Both the position numbers and the translations under genes were made by a program. Below the pieces are notes generated by a model. The model was not told the DNA's origin and did not search any database. It saw nothing but the letters and a program-made list of their open reading frames with translations. From assembly GCA_037141135.1 (NCBI GenBank), contig JBAXDB010000002.1, positions 1-56,800 of the forward strand: 56,800 bases of DNA, given 5' to 3'. This document shows positions 38,071-45,906 of the stretch, in pieces (positions within the stretch are counted from its first letter, which is position 1; every line of letters begins with the position of its first letter). The stretch comes from a bacterium (lineage in GTDB: Bacteria > Verrucomicrobiota > Kiritimatiellia > CAIKKV01 > CAITUY01).

Positions 38071-39638
38071 AACAGAAGGCAGGAGGCAGGAGGCAGAAGG
38101 CAGAAGGGAAGGGAAACCCTGGCCTCCTGAACCCTGACCCCTGCCCCGAGTCTCGTTCCCACCTCCTTGGGTTGCTGGTTTTCCTGGCGCCCTTCTGCCT
38201 CTACTTCAACACCATGGCGCAAACGGTTTACGGGCTTGACAGTGCAGAACTGACCACCGGGGCCTATACGCTCGGCATTGTGCACAGTCCAGGCTCCCCG
38301 CTCTACCTTCTGGTGGGCCGGCTCTTTTGTTTTTTGCCCTTTGGCGATGTGGGCTGGCGGATGAACCTGCTCTCGGTGGTGACGGGTTCCCTGAGTGCTT
38401 TTTTTATCTATGCCATAGTAGTCCGGCTCACCGGCCGCGCCTGGATCGGCGTGGTCACCGCCTGGCTGCTGGCGGCCTCCTATTACATCTGGGTCTGGAA
38501 CGTCGTGGCCGAACTTTATTCGCCGCATCTCTGTATCGTGTCAACCTTGATCTGGCTGATCATCAAGTGGCGCGATACGCATCGCGACGGGTTTCTATGG
38601 GTCACCGGCATCCTGGCAGGGCTGGGGACGGGTAATCATACAGCTTTGATTCTGGTCGGCCCTGGCCTGGCCTGGTTGGTCTTCACCTCTGATCCAACGC
38701 TCTGGCGAAAGCCCTGGCGCTTCCTCGGTCCGGGACTCGCCTTTCTGGGCGCTTTTATCGCGATCTTCCTGTACATACCGATCCGCTCGATGGCTCACCC
38801 GGCCCTGGATTACGTGCACGATTATTTTCCCCAGATCAACCTGCTCACGATCAAGGGGGTGATCTGGATGATCCGGGGAGGCATGTTTGAAAGCCTTTTT
38901 TTCAACGTCACCTGGAGCGAGATCGGCAGCCATCTGTTCCGACTCGGAACGCAACTGGTGGCCAATTTCGGGTTCATGGCAACCGCCGTGGGACTGCTGG
39001 GCCTGGTCGCCGGGCTGGCCGGTTCACGCGAACGCCGCCATTTCATCCTCTCATGCCTGCTTATGTTCCTCTTTCACTCCGGCTTCTATCTGACCTACGG
39101 TGCCGCGGACATCGAATGGATGTATTCGGTGAGTTACCTGGTTCTGGCTTTATTCTTCTGTTTGGGATTGTCCGAGCTGGCCGACCGAATTCCCGTTTTG
39201 CCGCTGCCGGGCGGAAAACTCCCTGTCACGGCCCTGAAAATACTCGCGGGACTCATGGTGCTACGGCTCATCTGGTTCAACTACCCCTATCTGGATCTCA
39301 GCCGTGATTTTTCGGCCCGCGCCACCGGGGAAAGGATCCTGACCGCCATCGGACCGCAGGCGCTCTTTGTCGGCATGTGGGAACACGAACCCATACTCGA
39401 ATACCTGCAACTGGTTGAAGGCCGGAGACCGGACGTGCGCATCATCAACGGGGTATTCACTGGGCCCATTGGGGCGCAACAACTTTCCTGCGAGGCCCTC
39501 CGCGATGGCCATCCTGTTTACACGACATATACCAATCTGTTCGGGCAGGATTTCATCATCAGCCCTTTCAAAGGCGGGATTTGTTATCGCGTTTTAGCAA
39601 ATGAGATTCTGACAGGAAGTCAATCACTTCCTCACTGA
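38067..39638 (+). CDS. DUF2723-type GT-C-fold membrane glycosyltransferase-like protein
   Basis: The track ORF starts at 37908. I prefer Met54 (ATG 38067), which forms an ATGA overlap with the upstream stop. VYGLDSAELTTGAYTLGIVHSPGSPLYLLVGRLF resembles the conserved N-terminal DUF2723 block. The protein is polytopic with a C-terminal soluble domain. Confidence 0.6.
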   Translation: MKQKAGGRRQKAEGKGNPGLLNPDPCPESRSHLLGLLVFLAPFCLYFNTMAQTVYGLDSAELTTGAYTLGIVHSPGSPLYLLVGRLFCFLPFGDVGWRMNLLSVVTGSLSAFFIYAIVVRLTGRAWIGVVTAWLLAASYYIWVWNVVAELYSPHLCIVSTLIWLIIKWRDTHRDGFLWVTGILAGLGTGNHTALILVGPGLAWLVFTSDPTLWRKPWRFLGPGLAFLGAFIAIFLYIPIRSMAHPALDYVHDYFPQINLLTIKGVIWMIRGGMFESLFFNVTWSEIGSHLFRLGTQLVANFGFMATAVGLLGLVAGLAGSRERRHFILSCLLMFLFHSGFYLTYGAADIEWMYSVSYLVLALFFCLGLSELADRIPVLPLPGGKLPVTALKILAGLMVLRLIWFNYPYLDLSRDFSARATGERILTAIGPQALFVGMWEHEPILEYLQLVEGRRPDVRIINGVFTGPIGAQQLSCEALRDGHPVYTTYTNLFGQDFIISPFKGGICYRVLANEILTGSQSLPH

Positions 39639-39705
39639 TATCAGGTTGAATTCCCACGTTTATCTAGCAGTTCAACGGTATTATTTTGCCGCAGGGAGAG
39701 AAACA

Positions 39706-39933
39706 ATGACCGCAGTGCCCGAATATATAAAGGTGGGCAGACAGGGAATCGTGATTAAAGGCGCACGGATACCCGCCTCGTTCTTCCGCCATTTGATGCC
39801 TGGCAAGAGTTTCGTCGTTCTTGCCGAGGGAGATCGACGCCTGATGCACGTCCGTGCCAAAGACGTCAAGGCCCTCCAGCGCGCCTATCGCGATTATATA
39901 CGCAATCTTGGAAGTCGCCGCACCAGAAACTAA
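39706..39933 (+). CDS. Small basic protein, unknown (weak AbrB/MazE-like resemblance)
   Basis: 75 aa from ATG 39706, preceded by GGGAGAG at 5-nt spacing. KVGRQGIVIKGARIPASFFRHL loosely resembles SpoVT/AbrB swapped-hairpin motifs. Confidence 0.4.
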   Translation: MTAVPEYIKVGRQGIVIKGARIPASFFRHLMPGKSFVVLAEGDRRLMHVRAKDVKALQRAYRDYIRNLGSRRTRN

Positions 39934-39998
39934 TAGACCTCTAACGAGGGGCGAATAGTCGTTGGAGATAATGCGTCACCTGAAAGGAATTTGGGACA

Positions 39999-40373
39999 AT
40001 GCAAAACATTCTTATTCGATCATGGAAACAAGTGGTGGTGGTCTTGCTGCTCATCGGTGTGGACCTGGCCGTGAGTCTGCCGATCATGGGGGCAACGTAC
40101 CGGCCGTTCCAATGGATGACCATTGCTTCGACAAATACGCCCGTGCTCTACCCGGTGATCCAGAATCTGTCCTTTGTGGGCGGCAAACCCTATCTGGCCG
40201 TTCAGACAACCAACGGCCAGTCTTGTGTGTTGCAGTGCAACACCAACCTGAAAAACTCAACCGGATGGTTCAATGTGGTGACCATAACGGCAACCGGTCG
40301 GGTGATACATCTGACGGATACGAATCCCATTCCCCGCAGTTCCGCGTTCTACCGCGTAACAGGCTCATTCTAA
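39999..40373 (+). CDS. Small secreted or anchored protein, unknown
   Basis: 124 aa. It has an N-terminal hydrophobic segment (VVVVLLLIGVDLAVSL) and a beta-rich remainder ending ...AFYRVTGSF. Confidence 0.5.
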   Translation: MQNILIRSWKQVVVVLLLIGVDLAVSLPIMGATYRPFQWMTIASTNTPVLYPVIQNLSFVGGKPYLAVQTTNGQSCVLQCNTNLKNSTGWFNVVTITATGRVIHLTDTNPIPRSSAFYRVTGSF

Positions 40374-40380
40374 GAACGAC

Positions 40381-43300
40381 ATGAATGCCCCCCTTCCAGA
40401 TATCGCCCTCGTTGGCATGGCGGGGATCTATCCCGGAGCTCCCGTCCTCAGCCGACTTTGGAATAACATCGTGGCCAAAATTGAAACGGTCTCCGACGCC
40501 CCCGCCAGTTGGAATGCCGGGCACTTTCACGATCCCACCGCGGGGGGGGATAACAATACGCACACCTATTGCCAGCGGGGGGGATTCATCGAAGCCTTTG
40601 CCGAGTTCGATCCACTGGATTTCGGTATTATGCCCGGTTCTGTCGATGGCAGCGACCCCGGACATTTTCTAACCCTGCGGGTCGCCAAGGAGGCGCTGGC
40701 GGATGCCGGCTACCTGGAACGCCCCTTTGACCGCCAGCGCACCGGCGTGATCATCGGGCATGGCAGCTATCCGCATCGAGGCATGACATCCAGCGGTGCC
40801 TATGGCGAAGCCGAACGGTTTGTTGAACTGCTGCGGACAATTGTCCCCGAACTTCCACCCCAGGTCATAGATACCCTCGTGAGCCGGATCAAAAGCCGGC
40901 TTCCGCCATTCACCCCGGATACCTGCCCGGGCCTGATTTCCAATGTCCTTTCCGGCCGCATCGCCAACCGCCTGAACCTGATGGGACCCAATTACCTGGT
41001 GGATGCCGCCTGCGCGTCCTCGCTCATTGCCCTCGATGCGGGCATGCGGGAACTGGTGGCCGGACGGTGTGACATGATGCTCGTTGGCGGAGCGCAGGAA
41101 AACACCAACGCCGGTGTCTTCATCGTCTTCTCCATGTTGGGCGCTCTCTCCAAACGCGGCAAGTTACGCCCCTTCGACAAAAATGCAGATGGCACCCTGC
41201 TGGGCGAAGGCGTGGGCTTTGCCGTGATCAAGCGCCTGGCGGATGCCGAGCGGGACGGGGATCGCATTTATGCGGTGATCAAAGGGCTCGGCCTCTCCAG
41301 CGACGGGCAGGGACAGGCCTTTCTCGTACCCCGGCTTGAGGGCGAAGTGACCGCCATGGAACGTGCATATCAGGCCGCCGGCTTTTCCCCGTCCACGGTG
41401 GACCTGGTGGAGGCGCATGGAACCGGCACGGCCGTCGGCGACCGCATCGAGATTCAAGCCATGACCAGGATTTTTGGCGCGCGCAACGGCCAGTTACCGC
41501 GCTGCGCGGTGGGTTCCGTGAAGTCCATGATCAGCCACACGATCCCGGCATCAGGGATGGCCAGTCTTTTCAAAACCTCGCTCGCCCTATTCCATAAGGT
41601 GTTGCCCCCGACCCTGTGCGAGGAACCAAACTCCGAATTGGGAATCGATGAGAGCGCCCTTTATATCAACACCGAGTCACGGCCCTGGATCCATGGCAAG
41701 GCCTATCCACGTCGTGCGGGCGTGAATGCCTTCGGCTTCGGCGGCATCAACAGCCACGTCGTGCTTGAAGAGTATGCGCCGGATTGTGCGAAGGGTACGC
41801 TTCTACGCGATTGGCCCTGCGAATTGGTTACGGTGCGGGGCGCCTCACGTCTGGCTGTCAGCGAAAAGGCCCGTGTTCTGCGCCAAGGTCTTGCGAAATT
41901 GCCGTCGGAGACAGCCCTCCGAGACATAGCCTTCACCCTTAACAGTCTGGATAAACCCTACACCGCACCTTGCTGCCTGACCATCGTGGCGGAATCCTCT
42001 CAGGACCTGAATTCGAAACTCGATGCCGCCGTCGCGGCTTTGGAAGATCCCGAACGCACCGCCATTCAGGAGCGGCAGGGGATCTATTATTTTGACAAGC
42101 CTCTGGCCCGTGAGGGGAAACTCGCCTTTCTCCTGCCCGGCGAGGGAGCCCAGTATGCCGGCATGCTAGGGGATCTCTGCATCCATTTCGACGAGGTCCG
42201 GAGCTGGTTCGACCGGGCTGATCGCGCTTTCATCGATCGCGGCCGAAGCCCGTTGCCCAGCCAGATTGTATTTCCGTCCCCCCACTTGACCCAGCCCGAG
42301 CAACAGGGCGTGGAGGCCGCCTTATGGAGCATGGAATATGCCCTGCCCCTTGTCGCCACTGCCGATAGCGCCCTGTATCATCTACTTCTGGTATTAGGCG
42401 TGCGGCCACAGGCAATTGCCGGCCATAGCACGGCCCAGGACCTCGCGCTCGAAGCCGCCGCCTTCGCCGATTGCACGACACCAGCCAATGTCATGGATAA
42501 ACCGGTGATCGAGGATCGCGTGATTGAGCAATGGGTTCGCGACCTGGTTCCTGCGGCGCAACTTCTTTCGGTAGGTGCCTCGGAGCCCGCACGTATCGCG
42601 CAGTTGGCGGCGGAAAGCGCAGGAGCACTCCATGTGGCCATGGACAACTGTCCGAATCAGGGTATCCTGTGCGGCAGTCCGGAAGCGATTGCGGCGGCGC
42701 GCGCCACACTGGAGTCCGAAGGCGCGCTATGCCAGTTCCTGCCCTTTGACCGCGGATACCACACGCCGATGTACCGACCCATCTGCGACCGGATCGAACA
42801 AACCGCCGGCACGTATGAGGACCGCATCCCGAAGATTCCCGTTTATTGCACCACCACGGGCAAGCGCCTGCCGGAGACGCCGGCCGAGATCCGGCGCATC
42901 ATGATTGACCAGTGGGCTGATCCCATCCGGTTCCGGGAAACGATAGAAACCATGTACTCCGACGGAGTGCGCCTTTTCCTGGAAGTGGGCCCGCGCGGCA
43001 ACCTCACCGGATTTGTGGATGACATTCTGGCCGGGCGCGACTACTCGGCCATCCCCTGCAATCTCGCTTCACGGGGAGGACTCCTCCAACTTCACCATGC
43101 CTTGGCGCAACTCTGCGCCCACGGCGTGGAGGTGTCCCTGGATCGGCTTTACTCTCAACGTCGTCCCAGCCAACTGGCTATGGATGCTACTGGACTGACG
43201 TCCACCGCGTCGCCCCGCCGGCGTCCAATAAAACTCAAAATGGACATTCCCCTGATAACCCTGGATGAAACTGATCGCCGGGAGTTACGAGATCAACTGA

Positions 43301-43482
43301 CCGCCATACTGGGCGGCAGTCAGGCACCCGCACCGGCCGCGGTTCCGGCAAGCGTTTTTCAAACTCCACCAACCGATTCGCCCGTGCTGCAAGCGCACAT
43401 TCAGACATTGGATCGAATCCTGGCAACACACGAGGATGTCATGCAAGCCCTGTTCACCCAAGTCGGCACACACGCCCCATAA
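40381..43482 (+). CDS. Second type I PKS-like synthase: KS plus divergent acyltransferase/hydrolase-like domain
   Basis: 1033 aa. See the KS and AT entries below. The C-terminal tail carries the helical motif LQAHIQTLDRILATHEDVMQALF, which parallels LKAHEQVMQRLLDTHQRVMAAAL located after the AT of the large synthase. Confidence 0.85.
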   Translation: MNAPLPDIALVGMAGIYPGAPVLSRLWNNIVAKIETVSDAPASWNAGHFHDPTAGGDNNTHTYCQRGGFIEAFAEFDPLDFGIMPGSVDGSDPGHFLTLRVAKEALADAGYLERPFDRQRTGVIIGHGSYPHRGMTSSGAYGEAERFVELLRTIVPELPPQVIDTLVSRIKSRLPPFTPDTCPGLISNVLSGRIANRLNLMGPNYLVDAACASSLIALDAGMRELVAGRCDMMLVGGAQENTNAGVFIVFSMLGALSKRGKLRPFDKNADGTLLGEGVGFAVIKRLADAERDGDRIYAVIKGLGLSSDGQGQAFLVPRLEGEVTAMERAYQAAGFSPSTVDLVEAHGTGTAVGDRIEIQAMTRIFGARNGQLPRCAVGSVKSMISHTIPASGMASLFKTSLALFHKVLPPTLCEEPNSELGIDESALYINTESRPWIHGKAYPRRAGVNAFGFGGINSHVVLEEYAPDCAKGTLLRDWPCELVTVRGASRLAVSEKARVLRQGLAKLPSETALRDIAFTLNSLDKPYTAPCCLTIVAESSQDLNSKLDAAVAALEDPERTAIQERQGIYYFDKPLAREGKLAFLLPGEGAQYAGMLGDLCIHFDEVRSWFDRADRAFIDRGRSPLPSQIVFPSPHLTQPEQQGVEAALWSMEYALPLVATADSALYHLLLVLGVRPQAIAGHSTAQDLALEAAAFADCTTPANVMDKPVIEDRVIEQWVRDLVPAAQLLSVGASEPARIAQLAAESAGALHVAMDNCPNQGILCGSPEAIAAARATLESEGALCQFLPFDRGYHTPMYRPICDRIEQTAGTYEDRIPKIPVYCTTTGKRLPETPAEIRRIMIDQWADPIRFRETIETMYSDGVRLFLEVGPRGNLTGFVDDILAGRDYSAIPCNLASRGGLLQLHHALAQLCAHGVEVSLDRLYSQRRPSQLAMDATGLTSTASPRRRPIKLKMDIPLITLDETDRRELRDQLTAILGGSQAPAPAAVPASVFQTPPTDSPVLQAHIQTLDRILATHEDVMQALFTQVGTHAP
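40393..41775 (+). other. KS domain of the second synthase (catalytic Cys-His-His retained)
   Basis: IALVGMAGIYPGA...; LVDAACASS (Cys211, nt 41011-41013); VEAHGTGTAVGD; GSVKSMISHTIPASG; NAFGFGGINSH. Confidence 0.85.
42118..43020 (+). other. Divergent AT-like domain of the second synthase
   Basis: FLLPGEGAQY replaces GQGSQ. IAGHSTAQDLAL (Ser683, nt 42427-42429) has GHSxA in place of GHSxG. FDRGYHTPM stands where AFHS is expected. Confidence 0.65.
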
Positions 43483-43496
43483 TACTGCTAACCAAT

Positions 43497-44540
43497 ATGA
43501 AAAATCACTCCTTACGGTTGTCTTTCTGCCTCTTGCTTCTTCCTTTCCCCGCGCTCAGTTCCACTCCTCACTCCGCGTTTGATCGATACTCGGTCATCCT
43601 CACGCGCATGCCCTTTGGCAATGAGTCTTCCGCCGCCCCACTAGCCACCAGCGCTACTGTCGTGACCCCGCCTCCCCTGGAGAGCTTCACCAAGAACCTC
43701 AAGATGTGCGCCATCACCCGCAACCACTTTGACGGTAAAATTCAGATCGGTATCGTCAATATGATCACCCGGAAAAGTTATTTCCTCCACGAAGGTGCCT
43801 CGGAAGACGGCATGGAACTCGTCCGGGCCGATTTCGACAACGAAAAGGCGCTGTTGAAAAAGAACACCGAGGCAGTATGGATGGATATGACGTCGGCGAC
43901 GGCAGCTACACCCGTGGTCACCTTTGGACCGCACGGCATGCAAATTATCCCGCCTTCACCAGTAGCGCAGCCTGTACTTTCCACAGGGGTAAATGATAAT
44001 TCCACCGGCAACGCGGATAACCGCGCGGGCTCATCCTCCTCAAGGTCTTTAGACGCGGAGTTTCAACTAAAAATGGGGCAACCTCAGGTGGAGCGTACCA
44101 TTTCCCGAGAAAGTTCCGAAATGATTCCCCCTCCTACGCCTGTGGGGGCGGGCGGTTTTGGGCGGGTGAATAACAGTCCCGTGGTTGCATCCACGACCAA
44201 GGGTCAGACGGCGACGGCAAGTTCTGCGGCGCTGGCCTTAAACCAGAGCATGGCGAGCGCGTTGGAAGTGGCCGCGCTGATTCCGCCCCCGGATCCAATT
44301 CCGGCTCAAGTGGCCGCGACGCCCGGTTCTGCCTCGGTGAACAATGATGTGAGGGTTATGGATTACACTCAAGAAGTGCCTCAGTTAACCGCCGCGTATC
44401 TGCAGAAACAACTTCAGGATTATCAGATGGAGTTAATCCGAGCGCAAGGCGCAAAAGGCCCGCCATTACCCATTGTATTGACTCCCTCGATGGACGCCCA
44501 GTTGGTCTCCGAGGGCGTCCTGCCCCCCAGTGCGCAGTAA
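43497..44540 (+). CDS. Secreted protein, unknown; Ser/Thr/Ala/Pro-rich low-complexity middle
   Basis: 347 aa. It has a signal peptide (LSFCLLLLPFPALSS) and is the last gene of the megasynthase operon. Confidence 0.55.
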   Translation: MKNHSLRLSFCLLLLPFPALSSTPHSAFDRYSVILTRMPFGNESSAAPLATSATVVTPPPLESFTKNLKMCAITRNHFDGKIQIGIVNMITRKSYFLHEGASEDGMELVRADFDNEKALLKKNTEAVWMDMTSATAATPVVTFGPHGMQIIPPSPVAQPVLSTGVNDNSTGNADNRAGSSSSRSLDAEFQLKMGQPQVERTISRESSEMIPPPTPVGAGGFGRVNNSPVVASTTKGQTATASSAALALNQSMASALEVAALIPPPDPIPAQVAATPGSASVNNDVRVMDYTQEVPQLTAAYLQKQLQDYQMELIRAQGAKGPPLPIVLTPSMDAQLVSEGVLPPSAQ

Positions 44541-44756
44541 GAAGGATTCAGGACTCCAGGTCCACTATCCCTGACAGACGTAACCGGCATACGTTGCAAC
44601 AGACCCTTGCCTGTTTTTCAACTAATCAATTTTTCACGCACCACTTTTCAATTCGCAATGGCGCCGGACTAGTGTCTGCTCCATCGAACGAACACGAGGT
44701 GACACGGGGTCACTTTCACCAAAAAAGCCGACCCGTAAGTCCCCGGATCGTTCCGG

Positions 44757-44791
44757 CCGGAGTGGCCGCAAGGCTGCTCCGGTTCTTTTTT
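44757..44791 (+). terminator. Rho-independent terminator
   Basis: The stem ccggag..ggcc / ggc..ctccgg closes a GCAA tetraloop and is followed by ttcttttttt. It lies about 215 nt downstream of the 44540 stop. Confidence 0.65.
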
Positions 44792-44882
44792 GATAACGCA
44801 GTCCTAATGCGCGCCCAATATTGCCCTAACAGCCGAATGCTATTCATGCTGACTTGCACATTCAAATGGGACGCGCATTCAT

Positions 44883-45830
44883 ATGACATCATTCCTTCGC
44901 CTGCTCGCATTTCAATTCCTGGCTATGACGGCCCTGGTTCAAGCCGCCGATGACAAGAATATCATTGCCGAAGTGACCGGGCGGTTTCACCCCACAAAAC
45001 CGGCCGTCATGATGAACTATGACGTGACCTATGTGCTGTTCAATATCAGTTTGAAACGCGTGGCCGAGGCCACCCTTAAAGCAACCGAGGGGGTGTGGTG
45101 CAGCAACCTCTCCACCGGAGGCGTCCCCGCCTGCCTGATCGACTTTCAGGTGGAGTCCCCTCGAACCGGTGACGCCGCCGATGACAATATCCGCCTGTTT
45201 AAGCGAACCGTATCGGTGCTGACCATGCCGGAGCTGAAGATTATCACTTATGCCAAGCATAACGATGAATTCATTAAACCGTTCTTCAGCCCAGGGCGCC
45301 GCATGAGCTATGTCGAAATCTACAATTTCGAGGCCGGCACTCCCACCTACCGGCATCATGATCTTTTCTCAGGCACCGTGGAGACGAATCTCCCGGGGAT
45401 GGCCGATCTCGCCAAGCAAAGCACCGAAGTGGCCAACGTATTCCAGACCTTGTATGCCGCCTATAGCGGGCAACCGGCGCCGCACCACGCCCGCGCGAAC
45501 ACGGTTCACTTCAATGTGGATGGCACCGTCAGGACTTTTGATTTAAAGATGAAGAAGGGACGGGTATCAGCCCTTGCTTTACCCGGGAAATTCAGCGCTT
45601 TGTATGCTGATATCCAGCCTGAAAAGGACAGTGATGGCCGTAATGAAAGTTTTTCCATGTGGTGTGTTCCATTCCGTCAGTTCGCGCATGACACCTCTGA
45701 TCCGGAACTGAAGAAACTCGCGAAAACGAGTTTGGAATGGTCCATGTTGCCTCTATCTGGCGAATATGGTCTGTTTCTCGGAGCCATTCAGTGTACCCTC
45801 ACCAAAATTTGTGTCCAGCCCCAGGGATAA
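44883..45830 (+). CDS. Secreted protein, unknown
   Basis: 315 aa. Signal peptide MTSFLRLLAFQFLAMTALVQA. No recognisable motif. Confidence 0.55.
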   Translation: MTSFLRLLAFQFLAMTALVQAADDKNIIAEVTGRFHPTKPAVMMNYDVTYVLFNISLKRVAEATLKATEGVWCSNLSTGGVPACLIDFQVESPRTGDAADDNIRLFKRTVSVLTMPELKIITYAKHNDEFIKPFFSPGRRMSYVEIYNFEAGTPTYRHHDLFSGTVETNLPGMADLAKQSTEVANVFQTLYAAYSGQPAPHHARANTVHFNVDGTVRTFDLKMKKGRVSALALPGKFSALYADIQPEKDSDGRNESFSMWCVPFRQFAHDTSDPELKKLAKTSLEWSMLPLSGEYGLFLGAIQCTLTKICVQPQG

Positions 45831-45906
45831 CCCCCTCGACTTTTCCTGGCCCATTTCCAATAATTTATACTTTCCCTTTGCTTAAGCGGCAGCCTAATAT
45901 GTACTC

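Noticed and set aside
26162-43482. Canonical PUFA (Pfa) synthase or heterocyst-glycolipid synthase annotation.
   Set aside because: The cluster has only one integrated ACP and no KS-CLF didomain. It also lacks a tandem FabA-type DH pair, a separate PfaD and any Hgl-type reductase or glycosyltransferase set. I therefore call it only a Pfa/Hgl-like 'secondary lipid' synthase of unknown product.
44594-44953. 119-aa ORF between the operon end and the next gene.
   Set aside because: It reads straight through the predicted terminator (44757-44791) and into the signal-peptide-encoding start of the 44883 gene, in another frame. It has no RBS.
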